Of a DNA stretch of 64,000 nt, positions 29,587 to 38,416 are shown piece by piece; position 1 is the stretch's first letter, and every line of letters begins with the position of its first letter. The notes below the pieces were generated by a model. That model searched no databases, was not told the DNA's origin, and saw nothing but the letters and a program-made list of their open reading frames with translations. Origin of the DNA: Candidatus Latescibacterota bacterium (GTDB lineage: Bacteria > Latescibacterota > UBA2968 > UBA8231); NCBI GenBank assembly GCA_965197905.1, contig CBDAOB010000005.1, forward strand, positions 1,632,001 to 1,696,000, read 5' to 3'. The position numbers and the translations under genes are program-made.

Positions 29587-31185
29587 ATGCGCCCCATCAT
29601 CATTTTGTTCTGTGCCACCATTGGCGGACTACTCGCCTGTGCCTCGGATAAAACCCGCGCTGTAAACAGCGAGCCGATATTTCCGTACATCGAGACAGAG
29701 AACAGCCAAACCTCACCCGAGCTGCAAAATTGGCTTGATCGCCAAGCGGAACCCCTCGGCTTGGCGCCGCGGGCAAAGATTGTTGTCGATGCGGGGCTCA
29801 ATCCAATCCCTTCCAATTCGTATTTCAGTGCGCTGGAAACCTGGAGCGATACCGCGCATATAGCCTATATAAATCCCAACTTGCCATTGGAGGGCGGATT
29901 GCGTTTCGTCGCCAATCCAAGCGGAAGTGACAAAATCGTAGAACTGGCTTGGAGCCCTAAATCAGGCGTTGCGCCCAATTGGTGTCCGGCGGAGGGGAAT
30001 GACACCAAAAACCAGATTATCGGCGGGCCTATTTACGTCCAGGCGTGCGGCTCAGGCCGCGCAAAAATAGATGTGTATAGCCTGAATGACATCCTGATCG
30101 ACTCCTTTGTCTTCAATTTGGGGGATGTCGCCTTGGCGCAGATAGGAGGAGAGGATGGGATCAGCCATTGCGACGTGTTCTACAAGGCGGTTGACTCCAA
30201 AATCTACCGGATAAACATGAACCCCGACATACATTACGCTTCCGGCAAGCACTGGGAAACTATTTTTTCAGGAGCAAGCAGTTACGGAGAAATTACGGGC
30301 TTGGCGGTGGACATTCCGGGGGGGAAATTATACTGGATAAGGGGAAGCCGGGGAACTTTGCACCGAGCCGGTCTCGATGGGGCCAACCCGGAGACCGTTG
30401 CTGAAATTGAAGGGATGAGCTCCACTTACCAAAAGGGATTCACGCTTTCCGGGGACTTTTTTTATTGGGGTGAGCAAGAGCCCGACCGCGACGAAGGTGG
30501 CGGCAGCTACCCTTGGCGCATTCAACGCCTCTCGAAAGATGGACAACAACTGACAACCGTAGTTGCAGACATTGGATCCATGCGCCGGATTTTCATCGAT
30601 GCGGATGCGGAGAAAGCATATTGGGTCGATTCGCGGGGCACACCGTATGGCGGAACCGACGGGGAAGATGACGAGGAAGACGAGGGCGGAGCAGTACTCG
30701 AGGATGGGGTTCAGCCGGATGGAAGCTATTTTTATGCCAATGGAAATTTGATCTATCGGTTCCACTTCCATGAGGCAAGGTTGGATGGCTCGGAACGGCG
30801 GGTATTAGGTGAATTCTCTTGGCATGACGCCCGTTATCTTTCCGGGCTCGCCGTTGATTCCAAGGCGGGGAAAGTGTATTGGCAAAGCGCTAAACAAGAA
30901 GAGGGGGTATGGACCGAGAAATTGCTGCGACGCGCCAACCTGGACTTGACCGACGTTGAAGTGCTTCACGATGATGTCAACGCCGGCGGCAACTGGCCCG
31001 ACCGGATAAGCAGCATTGGAAACACCGTCTTCCTGGATGTGCCCAACGAAACGATTTACTTCGCGCCCGGTGGGAATTATCTGCATCAAACCAATCTTGA
31101 CGGATCGCTGCCCACCGAGAGGCTGCCGACAGAAGTGATTAGCCAAATTGGCAGAGCACACGCGATTTCCTTCTGCTCTGGGTAG
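29587..31185 (+). CDS. Lipoprotein with YWTD/LDL-receptor class B-like beta-propeller repeats
   Basis: Lipobox LLAC; repeats GLAVDIPGGKLYW..LHRAGLDG, IFIDADAEKAYWVD, GLAVDSKAGKVYW..LRRANLD. Confidence 0.8.
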   Translation: MRPIIILFCATIGGLLACASDKTRAVNSEPIFPYIETENSQTSPELQNWLDRQAEPLGLAPRAKIVVDAGLNPIPSNSYFSALETWSDTAHIAYINPNLPLEGGLRFVANPSGSDKIVELAWSPKSGVAPNWCPAEGNDTKNQIIGGPIYVQACGSGRAKIDVYSLNDILIDSFVFNLGDVALAQIGGEDGISHCDVFYKAVDSKIYRINMNPDIHYASGKHWETIFSGASSYGEITGLAVDIPGGKLYWIRGSRGTLHRAGLDGANPETVAEIEGMSSTYQKGFTLSGDFFYWGEQEPDRDEGGGSYPWRIQRLSKDGQQLTTVVADIGSMRRIFIDADAEKAYWVDSRGTPYGGTDGEDDEEDEGGAVLEDGVQPDGSYFYANGNLIYRFHFHEARLDGSERRVLGEFSWHDARYLSGLAVDSKAGKVYWQSAKQEEGVWTEKLLRRANLDLTDVEVLHDDVNAGGNWPDRISSIGNTVFLDVPNETIYFAPGGNYLHQTNLDGSLPTERLPTEVISQIGRAHAISFCSG

Positions 31186-31514
31186 ATTTCACGGAGGGAC
31201 GCAATTGGATTGACAAACAAGGGCACGAGCATACCTTACTGAAGTAGTATTCTCATCGTGCAGCCTGACAGCTCTCCACAATGCCGGGTTGATAAATGCG
31301 TACAAATACCGGTGCCTGCTTTCTCTGGCTGTCCATGATTTTACTCCTGGAATAGCGTGAATTGGACGGATAAACGTCCGTCCTCGCTTCGGACGATCCG
31401 ATAGATTGACTAGGTTGGAACTGTTTTCAAATAATCCTTGACTTTTTATGATGGCAGACTTTACGTTTGGGCCGGCTTTTTTGTAATGGCGGATTTCATA
31501 TTTAGGGGTGAGTT

Positions 31515-31778
31515 ATGCCCGATCAAAAAGAGGACGCAATGAATAACGGATCTGTGCAAAAGCTGGCCGAGGCCCTATCCGAGGTGATCCATCATGAGCA
31601 TGAGCATCCGCATCCGGAATTGATCATACATATTGACGGCAAATTCAAGGCCGTCATGGGCGAAATTCACGGCCTGAAGCAGGATATGACTGTCGAAATT
31701 GACGGCCTGAAGCAGGATATGACTATCGTGAAAAATCATATCCTGAACGGCGGGAGCGATCCTACACCAGCAGGATAA
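31515..31778 (+). CDS. Small His-rich protein with an 11-aa tandem repeat
   Basis: HHEHEHPHP; EIHGLKQDMTV/EIDGLKQDMTI. Confidence 0.6.
   Translation: MPDQKEDAMNNGSVQKLAEALSEVIHHEHEHPHPELIIHIDGKFKAVMGEIHGLKQDMTVEIDGLKQDMTIVKNHILNGGSDPTPAG
31662..31727 (+). repeat. 33-bp tandem repeat, two copies
   Basis: GAAATT(C/G)ACGGCCTGAAGCAGGATATGACT(G/A)TC. Confidence 0.9.
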
Positions 31779-31793
31779 ATTTGCCGCTACCGC

Positions 31794-32666
31794 CTATGCA
31801 AAACACCCGCTGATAAAAGAACCGAAGGCGTTGTCGTCCTTCCTGTGGTTGTACTTGAAACAAGCCTCGGCCACGTAAAGCGGCGTGTAGTGATGATGCG
31901 ATCCGTACCAGGCGCGCTTGAGCAGGGACCACACGCCTTCGATCGTGTTCGTGTGAATCTCGCCATCGACGTAATGCGTGGAATGCTGAATCACGCAGTG
32001 ATCCATGATCCGCCGCACCGCGTTGTAGGCCCCGTTCTCGTCCGTGACCAGCGTCGCCGCTTCGGGGTCGATGGCGCGTTTGATAAAGGAAAGCACGCCC
32101 TTAGCGGAGAGATCGTCGGCGACTTCGGCCACAACCTTTCCTGAACGCTCCACAGCGCCGATTACAGCGGTCTTGCGCGTTCCCCGTCCTCTGTGGGGGT
32201 TGGGCTTATCGTCGTCGCGCCTGTTGGGCTTCCTGGGCCGCCCGCCGACAAACGTTTCGTCGGCTTCGATCAAGCCGCTTAACCTGATTCTTCCCTGCTT
32301 GGTAGCCATTTCAGCCCGGATGCGCTGTTGCATGTACCAGGCGGACCGCTGATTCAGGTTTAAGTCACGCCCGAGCTGGCAACTGGACAGGCTTTTCTTG
32401 GCGTTCACGATCAAGGCGATCGCACAAAACCACTTCTGCAAGGGAAGATGCGTCCCCTGAAACATCGTCTTGGACAAAACGTTGAAACTGGTTCCGCAGG
32501 CGTGGCAGTTCCAGCGCCCGATTCTATTCCCTTGCTTCTTGCGGGCGCATTCCCCGACCGTGCCACACAAGGGACAAAAGGGCTCATCGCCGAAGCGTAT
32601 CCGCTCCAAATGAGCAATGCAGGATTCCTGCGTCGGAAATCTTTCTGTCACGGTTATCAAGTTCAT
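31794..32666 (-). CDS. IS1595-family transposase
   Basis: CPLC/CHAC zinc ribbon, IEADETFVGG, LVTDE, HTNTIEGVWSLLKR. Confidence 0.95.
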   Translation of the reverse strand: MNLITVTERFPTQESCIAHLERIRFGDEPFCPLCGTVGECARKKQGNRIGRWNCHACGTSFNVLSKTMFQGTHLPLQKWFCAIALIVNAKKSLSSCQLGRDLNLNQRSAWYMQQRIRAEMATKQGRIRLSGLIEADETFVGGRPRKPNRRDDDKPNPHRGRGTRKTAVIGAVERSGKVVAEVADDLSAKGVLSFIKRAIDPEAATLVTDENGAYNAVRRIMDHCVIQHSTHYVDGEIHTNTIEGVWSLLKRAWYGSHHHYTPLYVAEACFKYNHRKDDNAFGSFISGCFA

Positions 32667-32724
32667 GCTCCACGCCCCCTTATTTGTTTGTTTTTACTAT
32701 ACTTAAGATACCAAATAAAGGGCT

Positions 32725-32753
32725 GATTGTCAAGGCCAAAAATGCTAATTGCG
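32725..32753 (-). repeat. Right terminal inverted repeat
   Basis: GATTGTCAAGGCCAAAAATGCTAATTGCG on the + strand. Confidence 0.93.
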
Positions 32754-33397
32754 ATTTTTTTTAGTCGCTGATGAGCTCGGTGCCCACGATCTTCCGCGAA
32801 CTCGAGATCCTGTTCCATGCGGGCTAACTCAGCCGTCTTGGCCTCGATCTCTTCTCGATATCGGTCAACTCCGTTCGCCCCTGTCTCCCCATCCCCTGCG
32901 ACATAGATCGCACCCGAATGGTTTACAGCTTCCAAACACCGCAAGAAAATCGCGGATTGCTCGGCATCTGCGCTGCCTGCTCCAAGTGCTGAGGCCGAGT
33001 CCTGTATCCAGCTCCAATGCTTTCGGTATCTCTCTGCGAAGAGCTGCGCGAATGCCGCGCGCCGCTGCCAGCTCTGGTTACAATCCAGGATCATGAAGTA
33101 CAACACCGCTTTATCGAGCGGTCCCCCAATAGTGACCACCTCGGGTACGGCGTTTTGAAGATCGCCCCAATGGAGCCCAATGCTGTCGCAGGCGCCGACC
33201 TCGAAGGCGAGGGCTTTCTCTTTGAGGCCATACACCTTGCCGTCGTCGAGCAGGATCTTGCCGAGCCACTGGCGAAACTCCGTTAACCCTTCGCCGCTCT
33301 TGATGCGTTTGTCGTGGTCCAGATTTCGCCGGACGCTGCGAAGACTCTGGCTCTCCACCAACTCGCGGAACCTAGGTATCTCTTCCGCGGAGATCAC
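32754..33397 (-). pseudogene. 5' half of the IS-interrupted coiled-coil/J-domain gene
   Basis: GTG start overlaps the ATPase stop (GTGA); the coiled coil (REEIEAKTAELARMEQDL...QRLKK) runs into the right IS end. Confidence 0.75.
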
Positions 33398-34857
33398 TCT
33401 GCCGACTCCTTTTCGGATGGAGATCGCAACCGTGCATAATCCGGCAGGTGCGCGGCGACAAAATCTCGTGCGGTGCGTCCGCCGACCAGGTCGTGACCGT
33501 GACGCATGCGCCAAACATTGAATTCCATCAGCAGCTGCTCGGAATCGGTATCGATGCCAGCCCGTCTAGCGTAGGACATTACCAGATGCTCGTATTGCGA
33601 TTTGCTCGGAAAATCGATGAACACCTTCAGGGCGAAGCGGTCATCGAGCGCCCGAAGCTCGTCGTACCGCTCCGCCTGCTGCGCATCGAAAGACGACGGC
33701 CTGATGCCGGTGTCGCGGGGTACGGCGTCCGTTGGGGAAGGATCCATCTGCATGCGCCCCAACCCCGCCATATGCTCCCCCTCGCGATCCACCAGATCCT
33801 TGAAGTTTGACGTGGCGTAAAACACGAGGTTGTCGGGCACCTGCTCCAGAGATCCCTCGAGCACGCTCGACAGGTAGCGAATCGAGGCATCCCCTTTGTT
33901 GAGCGAGATATTGTCCAATACGCCAACGAATTTCTCGGGTCGGCCGCGCACCAACGACAGCAACTCCGGTAGCGCCGAATAGTTCTCCGGGGCGACCTCG
34001 ATCCCACGCAAACCCGCGGTGTAGTATTTGCATATGAGAGCCCGGATCAGCGAAGACTTACCGCAACCGCGGGGACCCCAGATAAGGGTATTTCCGGCTC
34101 TGTGGCCCTCGACGAGGTTGCGGGTGTTGCGGTCGATCAGCTCTATTCGCTGGCGATTTCCTTCCAACCAATCCAATGGGAACACCGCGAAATCGGCAAC
34201 AGGGTCCAATGCGGCGCGCCCACCGCTTTTCCGCAGCACGAAAGCTGGCGCCCCCCGGAAGATACCCCGCCCGTTTTCCCGGACATGGTCCGCCAATGGC
34301 CGCACCATCGACGACCAGTCAGCTGCATGGAGAAATTTCATTGTCAAGGAATCAAGCCTTGGGCGGTAGTCCCATGGCTCGGCCGATGATTCGCTTCCAG
34401 TGCAAGCGACGGCTACCGCTTCCGATCCAAGCCAGTCGCTGTAGTTCGTGGCGGCAAGCCCCTGTAACACCTGGAGGTCCGCAACCATAAGCTTGGTCAG
34501 GCTGGAGTGAATTCGTTCGCTGGAGGTAAGCTCCGCCGCTTTGAGAAACGGGTGATCGTCCTCGATGATACGGCGGATGAAACGGGCGGCCACAGACTCT
34601 TCCAGGGCACCAGAGGTTGTGGAGCTTTCCGTCGCGACCCACTGCTGCAGCTGTCGCAGCAACTGCTCAGCCTTCTGCTGCAGACGGACCTCTTCTCTTC
34701 CGTCCGCTCGGCGGCGAAACAGCTCCCCGAGGCTGTCCAAGAAGCGTCGGAAAAGATCTCCAAACTCGCCGTCGAGAACACCGCACCACGTGGACAACTC
34801 AGCGATAGACTGGCGCAGCCGTCGAACTTCGATCAAACATTCCAGATCGCTGGCCAC
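33394..34857 (-). CDS. DUF815-like AAA+ ATP-binding protein
   Basis: NTLIWGPRGCGKSS Walker A, SSVLEGSLEQVPDNLVFYATSN, ALDDRFAL, GRTARDF. Confidence 0.85.
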   Translation of the reverse strand: MASDLECLIEVRRLRQSIAELSTWCGVLDGEFGDLFRRFLDSLGELFRRRADGREEVRLQQKAEQLLRQLQQWVATESSTTSGALEESVAARFIRRIIEDDHPFLKAAELTSSERIHSSLTKLMVADLQVLQGLAATNYSDWLGSEAVAVACTGSESSAEPWDYRPRLDSLTMKFLHAADWSSMVRPLADHVRENGRGIFRGAPAFVLRKSGGRAALDPVADFAVFPLDWLEGNRQRIELIDRNTRNLVEGHRAGNTLIWGPRGCGKSSLIRALICKYYTAGLRGIEVAPENYSALPELLSLVRGRPEKFVGVLDNISLNKGDASIRYLSSVLEGSLEQVPDNLVFYATSNFKDLVDREGEHMAGLGRMQMDPSPTDAVPRDTGIRPSSFDAQQAERYDELRALDDRFALKVFIDFPSKSQYEHLVMSYARRAGIDTDSEQLLMEFNVWRMRHGHDLVGGRTARDFVAAHLPDYARLRSPSEKESAE

Positions 34858-34871
34858 CTTCGGCCGGATTC

Positions 34872-36782
34872 CTATATCGACTTCCAGACGCCGTCTTTGC
34901 CCCTTTCGACCACGCGCTTCGCGCCCCGTCTCAATTCTGGCATCAACTCGCCCGTGTCGCGATCGCGCTTGACGATGATGTGTCGTGAACCATCCTCCGG
35001 GTCCGGCATGATCTTGTACGGAATGCGCCGCTGGTTGCCGGCGATACGTACCTCGACGCGTCCGATTTGGACGCCGAGGGTCTTCTCATCGTCGCTCAAC
35101 TCCATATCATCCTCGGCGCCCCCACCTTTGGTCGATTTGGTATCCCACTCCTCCGCTGTGGCGCCTTCTTCTCCCTCCTCCTCCTTGGGCCCTTCGCGCT
35201 CGGCCAACACCTTCTTCTCAATGCTCGATATAATGCTTTCCTTGCGCTCACTGATTTCCGATTCCTCGTCGGTGGAGAGATCTGGAAACATTCTGCGCAT
35301 ACGCCGCTCGATGAAATTCTCCGCCTGTTTTCGCGCCTCGGCCACATCGGTTGCGGAACGGAAGAACTCCTCGATAGTCTGCGCGATCTTCATCATGCGC
35401 AATTCCTTGCGAAACCTCGTGCGTTTGACGACGTGGTCTATGAGACTGACGAAACAACGAATGTCGGCTGCGGGGCGAATCCTGGTTATTGGATCGCTCG
35501 AGTTGAGTCGATCGGACATCCCCTCCAGACTCAGGTCGCGCAGATCGTCGATGAATTCCTGTTCGATGATCATGTTGCCAATCTTCTCGAGACCCCGCTT
35601 CATGACGTGGCTGTACGGAGGAAAGCGGACCGAAAGCATGCGGATCTCCTGGTCGGTCCGGGCGCTGACGTCGCAGACCTTCGTGAGCAGGCTATCCCCG
35701 CCGTCGGGTGCCGGCCCCATCAACTCCTCGATCGCCGGACCCATGTCAATTTGAGCATCGAAGCTGGTGGTCACTCGGTGTTTGTGCCGGATAAGAAACT
35801 CCAACGCCAGATCGTAGTCGGTGCTGATCTTTTTCATCGAATCGAACACCTCCAGGTAGGCGACAGCACTGTCAATCGCCTCCTTTACCTTCTTGTCCAG
35901 CTGGTCTCGAAGCTCGCGTTCCAGGATACTGTTGCGCACACGATCAGCTTCCGCCTCGTCGATTTCGCCCCTCTTCAGCCGCTCATCCACTTCGCGGAGA
36001 GCCTTCACCTTCTCGGCTTCGTCAGAAGTGAGCGTACCCTGCTGCACGTAGGCTTCGAGATTCTGCGGTAGCTTCGCCTTTTCGCTTTCCTCGATCTCAG
36101 AACGCACGCGCTCTTGTTGCTGCAAGCGGCGCCCGGCCTCCTGGCGATCTATTTCCCCTTCGGCTATAAGGTCCTTCGCCTCGGGGCTGCTCTCGACCAT
36201 GGCCTCGCCCGGGTCGGGTTCTGGTTCTGGTACGGGTTCGGGCTCCGGCGGTGGAGACGCTTCGAGATCGGGCAGTTCGAAAGTCGGCTTGGGTCGCTGT
36301 TGTGCCGCCAGCTCCCCTCGCCGGTTCTCACTCGATACCACGGCGCCTTTGATCAGGTCCATGGTGTTGTTGGTGTCTAAGTTGACATTGATGTCGTCCA
36401 GCAGATCACGCATGCCCTCGGTTCGACTGAAGCGTCGCAGAGATTTGACCCCGGTTTCCTGAATTCGGGCGGTGTCCCATTTAAGCTGCGAAACGCCTTT
36501 TTCGAACGCATTCTTGACGCAGTTTTGCACCCCTTGAGCCATATAGGTTTGGGGGAACCGCTCGTTGACGTAGTCCACCATGTGGCGGATAGACCGTCTG
36601 TCGCTCTCGCTCGGCGCTCTACCGGTAACCGCGGTGTACTCGCTTTCGAGCGCTTCCTGGAAACGGTCGTTGGTAATCAGGATCTCACCCGATTCGAGAC
36701 GCAGCAGAACGCGAGCCCAGATTTCGGCGCTCACTTCGCTGGGAAGCCCGTCGAAACCAACGGATGGAGGGTGTTCGGACAT
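34872..36782 (-). CDS. Hypothetical 636-aa protein, paralog B of 25904..27781
   Basis: Long ORF with full-length similarity to paralog A; sits between cysS and the ATPase. Confidence 0.87.
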   Translation of the reverse strand: MSEHPPSVGFDGLPSEVSAEIWARVLLRLESGEILITNDRFQEALESEYTAVTGRAPSESDRRSIRHMVDYVNERFPQTYMAQGVQNCVKNAFEKGVSQLKWDTARIQETGVKSLRRFSRTEGMRDLLDDINVNLDTNNTMDLIKGAVVSSENRRGELAAQQRPKPTFELPDLEASPPPEPEPVPEPEPDPGEAMVESSPEAKDLIAEGEIDRQEAGRRLQQQERVRSEIEESEKAKLPQNLEAYVQQGTLTSDEAEKVKALREVDERLKRGEIDEAEADRVRNSILERELRDQLDKKVKEAIDSAVAYLEVFDSMKKISTDYDLALEFLIRHKHRVTTSFDAQIDMGPAIEELMGPAPDGGDSLLTKVCDVSARTDQEIRMLSVRFPPYSHVMKRGLEKIGNMIIEQEFIDDLRDLSLEGMSDRLNSSDPITRIRPAADIRCFVSLIDHVVKRTRFRKELRMMKIAQTIEEFFRSATDVAEARKQAENFIERRMRRMFPDLSTDEESEISERKESIISSIEKKVLAEREGPKEEEGEEGATAEEWDTKSTKGGGAEDDMELSDDEKTLGVQIGRVEVRIAGNQRRIPYKIMPDPEDGSRHIIVKRDRDTGELMPELRRGAKRVVERGKDGVWKSI

Positions 36783-36808
36783 AGGAGATTACTTCTCGGC
36801 GATTGAAG

Positions 36809-38251
36809 TCATGTTTGAAAGGCGCTCTCCGGGTCTGAAATCGGGGTTTTCCACGCCCACGTCGTACCTACGGGCGCGTCGCGAAGCTCGATGCCGGCCC
36901 GCGCCAGTTGGTCCCGCAACTCGTCGGAGCGCGACCAGTCTTTACGAGCCCGGGCATCGGCGCGCTGTTCCAGGAGTTCGGCCAAATGCGCGGGCAATTC
37001 GTCCGCCCCCGGGACCTCCTCGTCTAGTTCGTAGAAAATGCCCAGGACATCATTGATCTCATCCAAGTACCCCAATACGGCTTTTGCACCCAAAGTGGAA
37101 ATCGACCGCTCGCTCAACGATTTCTCGGCAGCATTGACCAGCCCGAACACCGATGCCAGCGCTCGCGGAGTATTGAGATCGTCGTCCATGTGGCGCACGA
37201 ACTCCTCTCTTGCCGCGGTTACTTCAGGCTCGAACGTATTACCTGTCTCGCCCTCGCCCACATTGGCCAGCCGCGTTCTCAGATTGGTCAATCGCCGATG
37301 GGCACTGGCACTGGCATTCAGTGCCTCAAGAGTAAAGTTCATCCGGGTGCCGTAGTGGTTGCTTATGAGCAAATAGCGGTACGCCTTGACGCGGTCCGCT
37401 CCATCGGCGATGTCCTGCAGACGATAGAAGTTACCCAGGCTCTTGGACATCTTTTTGTGATCTACCGTGAGAAACTCGTTGTGAAGCCAATAGCTTGCCA
37501 GAGGTTTTCCGGTGGCCCCTTCGCTCTGAGCGATCTCGTTTTGGTGGTGGGGAAAGATCAGATCTATACCACCGGTATGTATGTCGAAGCTTTCGCCCAA
37601 GTATTTCATCGACATGCAGGAACATTCGAGATGCCAGCCTGGCCGGCCTCTTCCAAACGGTGATTCCCACGCAACGCTGCCGTCCTCGTCCACCCAGGCT
37701 TTCCACAAGACGAAATCTCGCGCATTGTCTTTGTCATACTCGTCGCTGTCCACCCTTGCCCCCTGGCGCAACCCGGACAAATCCAAACGGGCGAATTTTC
37801 CGTAGTCGGGAAACGCGCCGATGCGGAAGTAGACCGAGCCGTTGCTCTCGTAGGCCAACCCCTTCGCTGTCAACGCCTGGATCAGCTGGATCATCTCCTG
37901 GACATGGTCGGTGGCCCGGGGATAAACGTCGGCAGGCACGACGTTCAACCGCTTGACATCCTCGAAGAAGAGCTCGGTATATTTGCCTGTGAGATCCCCG
38001 ATCGACTTGCCTTCGGCCCTGACTCGGGCGATGATCCTATCCTCGACGTCTGTAATATTCATTACGTGGTACACGCCAAAACCACGATACCTCAGATATC
38101 GCTTTAGTAGATCGGCCATGACGAACTGTCGGAAGTTGCCGATGTGCGCGTAGTCGTAAACAGTGGGTCCGCAGCTGTAGATTCGGACCCTGTCTGGATC
38201 CGCTGGCTCGAACGGCTCCAGAGCCCGTGTCGCGGTGTTGTAAAATCGCAT
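36809..38251 (-). CDS. cysS: Cysteine--tRNA ligase
   Basis: CGPTVY, HIGN, DFVLWK, GRPGWHLEC, FPHHQNE, KMSKS. Confidence 0.97.
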   Translation of the reverse strand: MRFYNTATRALEPFEPADPDRVRIYSCGPTVYDYAHIGNFRQFVMADLLKRYLRYRGFGVYHVMNITDVEDRIIARVRAEGKSIGDLTGKYTELFFEDVKRLNVVPADVYPRATDHVQEMIQLIQALTAKGLAYESNGSVYFRIGAFPDYGKFARLDLSGLRQGARVDSDEYDKDNARDFVLWKAWVDEDGSVAWESPFGRGRPGWHLECSCMSMKYLGESFDIHTGGIDLIFPHHQNEIAQSEGATGKPLASYWLHNEFLTVDHKKMSKSLGNFYRLQDIADGADRVKAYRYLLISNHYGTRMNFTLEALNASASAHRRLTNLRTRLANVGEGETGNTFEPEVTAAREEFVRHMDDDLNTPRALASVFGLVNAAEKSLSERSISTLGAKAVLGYLDEINDVLGIFYELDEEVPGADELPAHLAELLEQRADARARKDWSRSDELRDQLARAGIELRDAPVGTTWAWKTPISDPESAFQT

Positions 38252-38416
38252 GCCTATTGGCGTATTGTCCTTGCGGGACAGGAAGTTAGACGAGTTTATG
38301 GTAAACTAGGACGGACGCTACTACATGTCAAGCACCCGTCTGCTTGTGACCCGATGATATATGCATTTAATTAGCGCTTTCACGATGTGCACCAACGAAT
38401 CGGAAGGATCGACAGC

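Larger units (their letters stand above)
29331..32753. mobile_element. IS1595-family element with passenger genes (3,423 bp)
   Basis: Perfect 29-bp terminal inverted repeats plus an IS1595 DDE transposase; no clean target-site duplication seen. Confidence 0.88.

Noticed and set aside
32663..32753. C-terminal tail of ORF 32663..33514 (AISIFGLDNQ...)
   Set aside because: It is read-through into the IS terminal repeat, not part of the native protein.
29321..32762. Target-site duplication of the IS
   Set aside because: Flanks AATTTTATCC and ATTTTTTTT share only a short ATTTT, so no duplication can be called.
34507..36071. Long + strand ORFs (415 and 334 aa) and similar ORFs opposite gcvP, hisN, actB/C and the cytochromes
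   Set aside because: Antisense shadows of GC-rich genes, with no motifs.
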